A stretch of 64,000 nt of DNA, taken from assembly GCA_964016885.1 (NCBI GenBank), contig OZ024745.1, positions 47,554,001 to 47,618,000 of the forward strand. The letters are read 5' to 3'. The DNA comes from Eledone cirrhosa (taxonomy: Eukaryota). The notes beneath the pieces were generated by a model. That model was given only the letters and a program-made list of their open reading frames with translations, was not told where the DNA came from and did no database searches. Below, one piece after another: positions 27,796 through 42,300 of this stretch (its first letter is position 1; each line of letters opens with the position of its first letter). The translations under genes and the position numbers were made by a program.

Positions 27796-30700
27796 TACAC
27801 ATACATACATATATATATAATTCTTTCACAGAGTTCAACCATGTCTTTCATACATTTAGTTGGAATCCTTATATCAATGTCATATTTAATCTTATTCCAG
27901 AGACAAATTGACTGGGAAGCTGCTGCAAACCTACTTAAAGGTAAGCCTTTTTGTACTTTTCAATGTTGTTGCTGTTTAGATCTATGTCAGCTCTGACTGA
28001 GTAGATGTATGTTCAAAGACATCAAGCATTTCACCAGGCTTTGATACTTACAGGGGCTCCACAACATTCTGGGTAGGCATTGTAATTCATATTTCTAAAG
28101 TGAAGTTTTGGAATAAGAATATCACTGTAGATTTTATTTTTTTTAATCTGAGAGTGCACCATTGTAAATTGAAGGGGTGGCAGTAATAACCACACTGTCG
28201 AGTCTGACTAACATTAATCAATATCATCTCTATGCACCCTCTCTTCCATGCTTACATTAGTAGTGGGGTATCTTCATTTAACTTTTTGTTAGACACCGCT
28301 GCCATCTTTTCTTTATTAATGCATTTTAATTTTATTTTATTTTTAAGGTGTTTATTTGACCCTGCGCAAACACAGTTTTATTGCTCATCTTGCTCATCTT
28401 AAGGTAACAAAACTTTTGTCTGCTCACCAATTGTTTTCCCCAGTCACTTTTGGCTAAACAATCTCTTTAACTGTTTTGATACCAAATTGCTTGAAATTGT
28501 CCTTGATTCTACAAAAGGAATCAACTTTTAAAAAAAAAGTGTTTATATTTATCTAAAACCCTTCCATCATTAATTTATTTAAGAACTGTAAGTTATGCTC
28601 CAAACACTAGCTTGACCCTTTTGTTACCATATTTCCAATGAAATACACTGTCTATGTGTTTTTCAATCAATTTTGAAAATTATAAAATATTTGGAGGAAT
28701 CTAATAAAATAACTAACCTTTCCATTAGTAAGCTGATATATAAAACATTACTTCACAAAAATGTCTTTAAAATAATTATGATGGATGGATTTGATATAAG
28801 AATAGACATTTAAAAATAAACAGTTTTGTACCATAAATCTGGGGTGAGATTTGGTTGTTTGGTATAAAAAGGGATTAATAATCATAAGATAGGTATATTA
28901 CTAATTATATCACTAACTATATTACTAACCAAAAGTTCTTGATTATTTTTACAATTATTTGTCAGTACCACATTCTTGATTCTGTTGGTGTGAACATGAA
29001 ATTTTATCATCATCATCACAATCATTACCATTTTGTTTTTTTTTCTATGCTTGCATAGTTAGATAGATTGTCACACTTTGAAGCTAGATAGACTGGTCAG
29101 ACGACTGTGTCTTCTCATATATGCCATTCTCACCTGGTTTCTGTAGCTGGATCCTCTTCCTCATCCCAACCACTTCACAGTATGTACTAGGTTTTTTACT
29201 CATGGCACTGCCACTACTACCTGACAGAGTGGACTAGATGCTTTTTTATCATGGTACCAAGACTCTTGCTTTACAGTGTGGACTGGGTGTATTTTATTGT
29301 AGCATCAGCACTACTACTTTACAGGCTGGGCTGCATACATTTTATCATGACGCCATCATTTTTACCTTCCAGTGTGGCCTGAGTGCATTTTATTGTGGTA
29401 CCAGTACTACCACATTTCAAGGCTAGCACACTTGTATCAATGGGTGGGCTGACGGAACAGTGCTTTGGCTGCCTGTTACTAGAGGGAAAAGTGTGTTGGC
29501 CTTACACCTGGCAGTATTGGGGGAGGGGGTACATTGATTGTAAAAGGTGTCAAATATTTCAACTAATCAGCTAGTATAAGAACAGTTAAGTTTATGATTA
29601 TGATGATGATGACTATACTTATATTATAATTGATTATTTTATTTACTCAAGCTATTGTCCTGAGATACATAATAATGTAATCTAGATAATTAGAATAAGT
29701 AATTAGTTCTTTATGAAAAACTTGTTCTTTTTCTCATTAGTGTCACTGATTTATTTACTAACTTCCATAATCTACCCAATTAATTTTTGAGTAACTTTCC
29801 ACATGTGAAATTTTCCCATTACATCTTGTTTCAGAAATCTAATAAGAAATATGCTTAACTCATTTTTTTTCATTACAAGTTTGTGTTGATTTCTGTAACA
29901 TTTAATATTCATTTGAGTTTATAAATCAGTTTTGTGACCAATATTGTTATTAACTTTTTCTTTACCATGTTTCTAATGAAAGCCACTGCTATATGAGTTT
30001 CTAATGATATTCTAAATAATCAAGAATTTAGAAAGATTTAGTAATACGACTGACTTTTTCATTATCAAGCTAGTGTTTTGAATATAACTTAACATGTGTT
30101 CTTTCATAAATTTATGCTGGATGGATTTCAGATAAATTATAAACACTTTAAAATAAACAAGTTTGTATCATAAAACCAGATGCTGTTTCTAACAGTTAGA
30201 AATATTTGGTGAATCATTAGAAACAGATATTCACACATATTTACAAATAAAATAATGTTGGAGGAATAAATTTTGTATGTATTCATATGTCACTATATCC
30301 TCAAATGACTATATTTTTCCTAGAATTGTTCAGATTGCTGATATAATAATTTTACATTAAATTGTCAGTTTCAATCTAAAACTTTTCAAAATGAAAGGAG
30401 CCAATCTATGTTTCCATTGGTCTTTTCTTTGCTGGTACTATCTGCTAGTTGCAACCCCTAGCAGAAGCATCACCACATTTCTGGTGGCAGGAGGCAGGAT
30501 TTGAACTGGAACAGATACCACAAAGCATCATATTCAAATTTTTAACAATTTTGTCAATCCTCTACCCTTAGACTGGTATTTTATTTATCAACCCCAAAAA
30601 GATGAAAGGCAAAGCTGACCTCTATTGGATTTAAACTCAGAACTCAGAGAATTGAAATAAATACCCAGGCATTTAATCCAATGCTCTAACAACTCTGCCT

Positions 30701-33567
30701 ATTCACTGCCTAGCTTTACATGACCACAGCCTCTTAATTCCTTATGAAGTCTTAGGGGTGCTGCCATCTTGGGCATTTAAACCTGGTGAAGCCCATTCCT
30801 CTCCAAGTTAGAACACAGCAAATTTCTTCTAGGGAGAGAGATAAAGGAAGAATCAACTCCATTATTAAACTGTTCATTTATCAACCTCGAGAGAATGAAA
30901 GCCAAAGTTGACGGTGGCAGAATTTGAACATAGATCACAAAGAGCCGGAACAAATAGCAAGGCATTTAATCTAATGCTGTAAAGACTATTACAATAAACC
31001 AATAAAATCTATAATAATTATAATTATACAAAAGTTATTAATATCTTGACCTTGTTTCATTTCTTCTACTTTAGAAGTATATTGTATATTTCAGTTAACT
31101 ATTCTAATTTGATTATTTGTGTAATAGACATTTTATGAGTAAATTTTCCCCCAACAGTTAATTTTCAGTGCTTTAATTCATAAATATTCATATTAATGGA
31201 AATAACTTAACCTCAATAAGTTTGGTGTTATCTCCCTTAGCGTCATATGACACCAATAACAACAAATATGTAGTTAAATTGTGCTGGATTTTTCCATTCA
31301 GAATTCAAATAAAATAAAGTACCAGTCAATAGTTAGGATTAATTTAATCAACTTTTTTCCTTCCCTCGAAAATTGCTGGCCTTTAAGATGGTCGATTGAC
31401 AGATTCAGTGTCAACATGCCTTGTTCTATTCAGTTATATCTGTTTATGTTGTGAGTTTAAATCCCACCACAGAACTCTCCATCTCTCAAAGTTTTATAAA
31501 ATAAATATTAATTATATACAGAACTTGCTTTATTTGACTTCTGCTCTCTTCCCTAAAATTCGTGGCTTTGTGCCAACATGAGAAATTTGGACTGGCAGAA
31601 TTGTTAGAGATTTGGACAAAATACTTTGCAATATTTCCTGTTGAGGTCAAACTTTTATCCTTCTCGGATTGATAAAATAAAATACCAGTGAAGTAACCTA
31701 TTTTTCTCACCCAACCAACTGCAAGCTTTGTACCTTGAGAGCAGCGAGATTAAAGAAGCTGAACTTTGACTATGGTTTTCTAAGCAATAGGAAAGAAATC
31801 AAGAGAGGGCACTTTCAATCCCCTGATGTAACATAGTATTCAAGGTTTCTATGTGGGATTCTCCTTGGAATTATCCTAAAGTACACCCCCTCCCCCATCA
31901 CTGTTGCAGGGAACTGCTTCTAGTTTACATTCGTTATTGTTTGTATTGTTATCATGACAGTTTATGACAATCATTGTTTTACCTTTGTTGATGTCACCTT
32001 CCTTTTACTTGTAACTCCTGCTCTCTCTCTCTTGTTTATGTCCTTCTATTGTCACAATATCTTGGGTCCTTGTAGTCAATAAAAGAAGCCATTATTATTT
32101 CACTTAAAGAGGAAAATTGAGGCAAATAGGAAAGTCATTATTATTATTATCTTTTTAGACTCTCATCAATGTATTGATTGGTTTAATACTCTCTGGAAGT
32201 ACTGGTTCATCACAAGACCATATGGTGCCAACTTTCTATGGAAGCCACAAAAGTGACCAGAGTCAAGCCCTCCTTCCAGCTCCTTCGATTTTCTGTTCAG
32301 CAGTCATTAAACTTGTTGCAATGCAAATGCAAGTTCTTGGGGTAAATATTCTTCATTATTCATTTGCTAGTACATAACCTGTTGATTTTTGGAAGGAATA
32401 AATAATATTTGGTTTCTTCAATAATACTAACAATAGTTTTAAACTTTGTTTATTTTGTAATTTCCTCTTTTATTTGTGTGAATCAGGAACAATTTTCCCT
32501 GGAACAAATATTTGGAGGAATGTCCGTCTTCCCCTCAATAGAGTGCTGTTTGAACATGCTTGTTGATTTTATTCTGCCTCTCTGCATTCGAACAGGCTAT
32601 GGAAGAAGAGGTAAGTTAACAGTCAATCACAAAGGAATAGCTCATAGAAACAAGATTCTTTGAACTATCATGAAATATATAGGATAAAATCTATTGTTTT
32701 GTTTTGTCTTTCATATTCTACCTTACTCTGGTTCCCCTATTATATTTCTTATATGCATTGTACCATCTTTTCCAACACTTTCTTAATTATATATACTAGC
32801 AGAAAAACCACCCTTCGGGTGGTTTTCTGCTAGTATGTGTAGTGTATATATTGATTTTATATGCAGGTATATATACATGTAGATATGATACATCAAATAA
32901 AATCGTAATTGACAATATATAATACATAGAAATTGAACTAAGACTGCGTTACACTGTCTTATTTAATCAGTAATGTAATCCATGATACATCAAAAAAGAC
33001 GATATTATATATAAACTGCATTAGGAGAAAATTAATATGTTTATTTAAGCGATGGCCAACCGGAAGTGTTGACATTTCAGAAATTTTAAAGAAGTGAATC
33101 TTTAAATAAACAAAATATATTTAATCAACAGCCACGAAATTTAGCAGATAAATTATGTAATATTCATTCATTAGTATCAGTAGAGGGTCGGACGCCATGC
33201 TTTCCAGCATAGTTACGTCCCTTTACGATCTGAGTTCAAATCCCGCCGAGGTTGACTTTGCCTATCATCCTTACGGGGTCGATAAAATAAAGTACCAGTA
33301 ATGTACTGGGTAATTGCTGGCCTTGTGCCTAAAGTAGAAACAATTATTTATTCAAAGTAATCCAACTTATTTTACTAATGGGATGAAAAATTATAAACCG
33401 TACGCAGTCCCGCGCTCCTTACTTTATTATAGTTTAGATATATTGTGAATGAAAATGTTTGTAGATGTAGTTCTCTTTTACTCCTGTTTCTAAATTCAAT
33501 TGTATATCATTACCATAATCTTCATCATAACCAGCATTTTCAGATACATTGTTTAACCTATCACAGC

Positions 33568-33604
<37 letters not shown>

Positions 33605-36600
33605 GTGAATGTATACATGCAAAAATACCTTACATTTTCATAATTTCCATTTTCTTTCCTTCTCTCCAGATTCTCCTCGCCTACTTCATGCTGACATCCG
33701 ATATGCATTGTCAGTTGTCCTCCATGCCTTGAACCCCCCTGTCAAACACAGTAACCAGTCTAATACTAAAACAGGTAGCCATCACATAAATATTACTGAA
33801 CAAGGCCAAACAGATAACTTTCTTCCAACAGAAAAGTATTTTGTGAAACCTGGATGTATAGAACTACAAGAGCAAACTGCTTACCTTGGTGAGTTTTCTT
33901 TTTTTTTTTTTTTGCCTGATTTCCCTCACCTACCCTTTATTATTCCAATCATTATCACCATCATTATCAACGTCATCAGCCTCATCGTCATCTGTTTTTC
34001 CATGCTAAAATAGGTTGAGTTGGACATTTAGGGAGAAATCTATGGCCAAATTACATTTCTGATTTCTTTTGTTTTGTTCTTTTTTTTTTGTTTGAAAGTA
34101 AAGCATAGGGCTTCACATATCTAACTACTGAGCAGTAGAACTTCTCTTTGTGTGGGACATAAACTAATATCCTTGCTTACTAGTGATATCATATACAAAG
34201 AGACAAACACACCCTGGCTGATTTTGAGAATAGTAACAACACACCCAGAGAACCTTGAAAACTGATAAAAGAACTTTCTGGTATGAAGAAGAGGAAGAAT
34301 GTAATACAGGGTGTGGACGATATTTGTTCGCAATTTTTAACTGCTAATTTTTGCAAATTTTTTTTACTTCCGTTGTCACTCTTGTCTTCATAAAAACAGT
34401 GACTATATTTCCATTATTTATTTTCAGAATAATTGATTATGAATAATTTTGAACCTCCAAATTTGTGGAAGAGACACGGAGTTCTTGGACTCCGCACCGA
34501 GAGGACAAATAAGGAAATTTCAGACTTTCTCAGCGTCAGCAGGAGAATGGTGGAAAAGGTCAGAAAGGAATTGGAAGATTCAGGATTCGACTACGAAGCA
34601 ACATCAGAGAGGAAAACACATGATCGACGATCTGACACCTTCAGAACACCTGAGTTCATCGCTGAAGTTCAGGATATCATCAACAATGAACCTAGCAAGT
34701 CAATGTGTGCCATTGCAAGGGAGAAAGGCATGGATGAAAAGTTCATTAGGCTGGTGGTACATGAAGACATTCGCTACATTTCATACAAGATGTGGAAAGG
34801 ACAATTTCTGTCAAAGGCGACTGAAGCACGCAAAGAAGCTGATCAACAAGTTGAAACATCCACTGGAGCCAGACATGCTGTGGTTTTTCTCCAATGAGAA
34901 AAACTTCTGCCAAGACCAGAAGATCAACTCCCAGAACAACAGGTGGCTCGCTGTCTCATCCAAAGACGTGCCCAGAGTCAGCGACAACATTGGTCTTAGG
35001 TGTCGTCAGCAGTCAAGGTGACGTCATGCCACCTCACTTCTTCCCTGAGGGCCTACCCTAAGGTAGCTGCAGGTAGGCCGTATGTGTGGCAGCAAGACTC
35101 AGTGCCCTGCCATACCAGCCGAAAGACCCAAGCCTGGCTGTCAGAGAACTTCGTCGACCACACTTCACCTGACATCTGGCCTCCCAGCTCGCCTGACTGC
35201 AACCCCCTCGACTTCTTTGTGTGGGACGCAGTGGAACGAGACACCAACAGATCTAGCTGCAATATGAAAGACAATCTGAAGGCCAGGATCACAAGTGCCT
35301 TTAGAGGCCTAAGTCGGGGGAAAGTGACGAAGGCCTGTAGCCAGTTCCGAGGCCGCCTTGAGGCCGTTATCAAAGCCAATGGCGGGTTTATCAAGTGAGA
35401 TCGAAAGAACAAGTCATGAAGACAAACTGACCCAAGTTTGATAAATAAATCTTAAAAAATAAAACTACTGTGTTATTTTTTCATAGACAGTAATCTTGCG
35501 AACAAATATCGTCCGCACCCTGTATATAACCAAGGGGAAGACTGCATTGTGACTTGGAGAGAGCACTTCCACAAACTCCTTTCAGCTGATAAACATTTGA
35601 AGTTCATCCAGAGATAAGCATTGCTGAATTCTCCATAGAAGAAGTGAACAATGCACTAAAGGCAATGAAATCAGGCAAAACTCCTGGGCTTGATGACCTA
35701 TGGAAACTACCCAAATTTCTCAAGTTTCTAAGAGATTTCTGCATTGAAACCTTTGAAGGTCACAGAATGAAGGAATGGGAAATATCAGGAATAGTACCAA
35801 TATCCAAGAAATGTAACCTTACCATCTGCACCAACTTAGCCTTATACTTATAACAATTTAGATCCATCCAAGTAAACCTACTTGATTCAATTACTTAACA
35901 TGATTTATTTAAGTGTTTTTGATACAAAAACTGTTATTTTTTCTCTTTAATTAGATTTGTTTATACTCAAGCACATCTCACATGCACAGGCATGCAATAT
36001 TTAAATGTCATCATCCTCATTTTACATCCACTTTTCTATGCTGCTATGAGTTTGACATGTCATTACAGATTAAATCAGCACTTTATTTACAGCTAGTGTC
36101 TTCCTAGGCAGGTCAGGAAGGGTGGCAGTGGGGGTGTCTTGTTTACAAACTTTCTAGTTTTAGCATAGTTTCCATGAATGCCTTTCATAACGCCAACCAC
36201 TTTACAGATCATTTTTTGTGCATTTTATTGTGGCATGAGCACAATGGAGGTAGTCATACTTATGACACGGCTCAAGAGTGCTCATAACCCTTTATTGGCA
36301 TGGTTTCTATGGCCAAATATCCTACCTTACTCCAACCACTTTATAAAGAATACTGAATGTATTTTAACATGGTAACAGCACAATGGAGGTTGCCATCTCC
36401 TTGACATGATTGAAGAGTTTTTTCAACCCTTTTTTAGCATGTTTTTTATAACCAGATGCCCATCTGAAAGCCAACCACTTTGCAGAGTGTACTGGGTGCA
36501 TATTATTGTAGTAAAATTTATTCTTCATAAATAAATCTTTAATTTTGATACAAAATTTTTGTATCCAATAATTTTTCTACAAATTTATCTCTATCAGGTT

Positions 36601-39267
36601 TACAAGTATTGATGGTTTGTTTTGACAATACTTTAGCAGCAGAATGGCATCACGTGGCTAAATATATTATGGACATTAGCACTAAAACTAGAGGTAAGTT
36701 GAACATTTTACACAATTTCAACATTTTCTTTGACTCTAAATTCTATTAATTGGTAAGGACCCCCACCCTTCTGTTATGAATAACCATGGGATTTGCACCT
36801 AGAAAGATTGTTTGTGGAAATATTTATACATTTTTGGATTAATTTTTATATTTCATTTTTTTCCATAATTGCAATGGTTATAATCGATGTTTTAAATTTA
36901 GGTATATGGATATTGTTGGAGAGATTGTTTTTATAGTTGAATGCTCATCCTATCGCTAACATGTCAACTGTAAAATAGAGAGTAGTACCAGTTATTAAAT
37001 AGACTGAAGCCAGCAGTTATGCATTTTTACTTTCCTGGGGCTTCAAGAAAAGGACAGTCAAGTTGAGAGAGCATCTTTGCTATTGTAGGACATGCAACAA
37101 ATAACACCTACCGTATATACTCAAATATAAGCCGACCCCCACGCTCACCCCACCCTATTTTATGTCTGAGAAATGGGTAAAAATCAAAACCCCATTTATA
37201 AGCTGAAGCAGCTACTTGGTGAAGGCAGTGCTAAATATTTTCTTATGATTATTATATCTATTATGCATGCATGGTCTCTGAACTTCTGATGGAGTGATTG
37301 GGGCATTATCTTGACATCCATTTCTTGGACATTTAAACCTGGAGGAACTCATCCAGAGAAAGAGAGAGGGGGGAGTCTGGGGAAGACTTGACCTCTGGTA
37401 CTTTATTTAACAACTTTGAAAAGAGGAAAGGCAAAGTTGACCTCGGCAGGATTTGAACTCACAATGCAGAGGAATGGAGTGAATACCATGAAGCATTGTA
37501 TCCAATGTTCTAATGACTCTGCCAATTTGTGGCTTTATGTTTATAACAGGCAGAGTCACTAGAGCTTAGTACAAAATGCCTTACAGTATTTATTTTGACT
37601 CTCTGCACTCTGAGTTCAAATTTCGCCACAATCAATTTTGCCTTTCATCCTTTCTGATTCCATAAATAGAGTAACAACCCAGGTATGGTAGATTAGTGGA
37701 ATTATTAGATTCTCTATGGTATTTCTTCCAGCTCCTTATATCCTGAATTCAAATCTCGCTATGGCCAACTTGAGTTGTAGATATAATCTGTTGTCCAGTT
37801 TAACACCGCGATCTGGCCCTTTGGTTCCTTTCACAGTGTCTACTCTGTTGCAAGGATTCAGACCAGGTTTCCAGTTTGAGGATATCATTATCTTCCATCA
37901 ATCCTAGTGGCCCTGAAAATGGTCATGGTCACTGTCCTTCCCTTCCTGATGAAACAGTAATATACGAGGGGGGGGGGGTCAAAAAGTTCGCGGAATTTTT
38001 CAGAAAATATTCTATTTTTCAAAAAATATGATTTACCTTCAATTTATTTTTCTACATAGTTGCCATCCAGGTCAATACACTTCACAAGGCGATGCTTCCA
38101 GCTTCATAAGCCGTCTCTAAAGAAAGTTGAAGGCCTTGTTCGAAGCCATGTGTTGGCAGTGTTTTTAGCTTCTTCAACACCACTAAAACGGGTTCCTTTT
38201 AGCATTGCTTTGAGTTTTGGAAAGAAGAAAAAGTCTGATGGGGCTAAATCTGGACTATAAGGCGGGTGAGGAAGCACTTCCCATCGAAATTCTCGAAGAA
38301 CTTCTTTTGCAACCCGCGCAGAATGCGCTGGTGCATTGTCATGGTCAAACAAGATCCCACCATGAAGTTTCCCTTTTCGTTTCTTGACTAATGCCTCTTT
38401 CAGCTTCCTTAAAACATTTGCATAGTAAGCTCCTATCACAGTTCTTTGACCTTCAAGATAATCTATTAGTATCACCCCATCTGAATCCCAGAAAATGGTG
38501 GCCATCACTTTTTGAACTTGATTGGGCCCGATGATCCACGTGGAAGCCACTGTTTTGACTGCTGTTTGGATTCAGGATCATACTGGTAGATCCAGGTTTC
38601 ATCTCCGGTGATGATTCTGGTCAGGAAATGCTCATCAACTTCAATTTTGTTTAATATCGCCAAAGATCGCCGAAGATCACTTTGAAGAATCAGCTGATCA
38701 AGGCGCAACGCTTTTGGGACCCATCGCGCTGAAAGCTTGCTTAGTCCCAAATTATCGTGCAGAATTGAATTTGCCAAACCATATGAAATGTCTAGGGACT
38801 TAGCTAACTGATTAACTGTTATTCTTCGATCTTCTTCAATTAAAGTCTGAGCAGCATCAACGTTTTGGTCATTTTTTGATGTTCCTAGTCTTCCACTGCG
38901 ATGGTCGTCTTCAAGGTCGTCTCTCCCTTGTTTGAATTGCTGAATCCACTTGTAGACAGCAGTTTTCTTTGGAGCAGTAGTACCGTAAACTTTAACTAAA
39001 GCCTCCATAATCTGTGTCCCTTTCCATTTGAGTTTCACCAGAAACTTGATATTCGATCTTATCTCAAAATAACTATTTTCCATTGTTCCAAAAAGAGGTT
39101 TTTTAAAGAGTGTCAATACTGTACAATAGTCCGCGCATAACTGACTGCAAGTGACTAATAGCAAGGTAAACACCCAGTGACAATGTTCTGACATGTTTAA
39201 TATTGTTTTAACCTATTTTTTTCTTACTACGATAAAATTCTGCAAACTTTTTGATCCCCCCGCCCTC

Positions 39268-39333
<66 letters not shown>

Positions 39334-42300
39334 AATGTACGTACATTCATTTTACCTTCTCTTGTATAGTATGTGATGACATGTTACATTTAGCTACATG
39401 AAAGAAATTATGTAAAACCTTCCCCCATCAAGGTCCTACAACCTGGCTACACTTCCTACTTGTTGATACCTAGCTATATTTATATTAATAACATCTTTGG
39501 GAGAAACACAAATCTCACACAATCCCATTTCTTCTTTCTGCTTAAGAAATCATTACTTTCCCAAAATAGAAACAAGCCTATACATAATTAATTTTCTGTT
39601 TCTTTTTTTCTTCATTTTTTTTTTAATTGGCACAAAGCCTTTTAATAATAGAGTACCTGTTATCAACCTCACTATATTATCAGTACTAGCCAACAGGAAA
39701 ACTTATATGTAGTCACACGACCTGCAAGTAATAGCAACCAAATCTCCCTTAAATCACACCCTACTGTCTTAAATAAAGAAAAGACATATTGGATAGTATA
39801 GTCCTAGATATAGCCTTAAAAGTTTGGTAAAGTAATGATTGGAATGCCTTTGATCATAGTTCTTAATCAAGGTTGTCATGAGCTCCAAGAAACACATAAA
39901 TGCTAAATAACTTTGTAGAGATATTTGCATTTGAACCAATGGAAAACCAAAGTGTATACATTGATCTGTAGCCTGTACCAACTCCACTACTCTCCAAAAT
40001 AATGCTAACCTGGAGCATTTTCTTAATTCTAATCAATTAAAACCATATCATACAGCATAGTTTTAATTAACTTACAATAATTGTTTCTACTTTTGGCACA
40101 AGGCCAGCAATTACTCAATTCAATACTGGTACTTTATTTTATCGACCCAGTAAGGATGAAAGGCAAAGTTAACCTCGACAGGATTTGAACTCAGACCGTA
40201 AAGGAACGTAACTATGCTGGAAAGCATGGTGTCCGACCCTCTACCAATACTGCCAATTCACAATAATAATGTATTATAATAAAAAAAATGTTCCTTACAT
40301 ATGCCAACTGAAACTGACAGTGGTTTTATGATACAAAAATGTTTATTTTTAAAATGTTTCATCATAGTAATAACTTTTGTTAAGTTATGCTTCAAATACC
40401 AACTGAGTGACTATAAAGTTATATTACTGAATCCCTCAAAATTCTTGATAATTTTCAAAATGATTCGAAAATCATAGCCTGTTTTTCATTATAAATATGG
40501 TATGAAAGAGTCATTCCATTTGATACCAAACTACCCTTAGTTTTACAGTACTAAACTGTTTATTATTAAGCATCTGTATTTATCTAAAAACATTCATCAT
40601 AATTTTATGTAAGAATATTTGTTAAACTATGTTCCAAACATTAGATTAATAATGAGAAAGTTAGCTATATTACTAAATCCCTCCATATTCTTGATTATTT
40701 TTGAAAATTAATTGAAAATCATAGTCAGTGTCTTTCATTAGAAGTATGTTTAGAGAATGAGGGAAAGAGGAAATTGTGATGTTAATGCCTTTCCTTTCAA
40801 CATTATTAATGGCAGTATTGGCAGACGGTTGGACACCATGCTTTCTAGCATAGTTATGTCCCTTTACGGTCTGAGTTCAAATCCTGTTTAGGTTAACTTT
40901 GCCTTTCATCCTTACGGGATAAAATAGAGTACCAGTAATGTACTGGATAATTACTGGCCTTGTGCCAAAAGTAGAAACAATTATTAATATAAGTGAAGAT
41001 GTAATGGCTTTGAATCAAAATGAGGTCATAGACTTGGTTTCCTGAGAACTCTTCACCATGCCATAACCACTTACTTGTTTATGTCTAAGTAATGTCATGG
41101 TCAATTAACCAAGTGAGAAGATCTGCTCTGTAGTTTTCTGGTGAGAAACAGGAGATTTAAAAATGTATTAGACTCTCTGTGTATATTCACTCAAACTTTC
41201 ACATACACACATTTATCATCTTCATCATCAATTTTACATCTGTTTTTTTTTCCATGCACAAGCTGGAAGGGCAAGAAAGTTACTTTTTGATTGTCTTTAA
41301 CTTTCATTTCTTACTTTCAGTTGGTTGGGGGCAGGTGTTCTTTTACATATTGTTACAATATTTATTTATAAAATATTACACACTAAAGCATGTATTTTTA
41401 TATTATAAAATATTATATATTATAACATATTTATATTAAATTTTATGCCTGTACATATACACTAAAGAGCTTAACTAATGATCTGCCGTTACAATAACCT
41501 GGAATCGGTGGGCCATCCCTGAATCAAAATCAGTCCTCTGTTTGTGTTCACCAAAATCCTGTTCTCTTATATAACTAATTCTGTAATTAACACCTGATGA
41601 AATCACCTGGGTCTTGCATCACATTCGGATGATGAAGCTAGGCCATTGAAATATGTATAATGTTTTTGCAGAATTAAAATTATAAATTTTCCAGTTTGGC
41701 CTTTTGTTGTTTTTAATGAATATTTCACTCCATTCCTGCGCCAACCACTGGATACCACATCTACAATGTATGATTGGCATAATGTTGAGTGCTTTAATTC
41801 ATTGCATCATTATTTACTAACCTGAATATATATATATATATATATCCATCCATCCATGGTAGCATGGAAAATTGGACATAAAACGGTCATGATATATATG
41901 TTGTGTTTTGCAGGATCACTTTCTCTTTGGAATTTTCTAGACTTTATTGTCACATATCGACCTTCAATATTCCTCCTACTTCAACCATTCATTCAGTTCA
42001 AGGTAAAATTATCCCATCACAATTACTATTGATAATAATTGCTATTTTTTCTTATTTATTTTTCCCCTTTAAATATAAACTATTGAAAATATTTGTGTAT
42101 CCCTTGCTTTTAATTTCAAAGAAATTTTTTAGAGATCACAATATTTTCTGGAATACCATTATTGTCTTCATTCTTAAAATATATTTATAATATGGTAATG
42201 ATAAAAATAAAAAAAGAAAGAAAAAGAAAAGAAAAATGATGAAAATAAATTGGGTGGGGGCAGCTGTGGCTGGATGGTATATCTCAGCTGTACCTCACAA

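Noticed and set aside
33225-33250. gagttcaaatccc tRNA T-arm-like motifs throughout the window
   Set aside because: They are SINE heads; no complete cloverleaf was seen.
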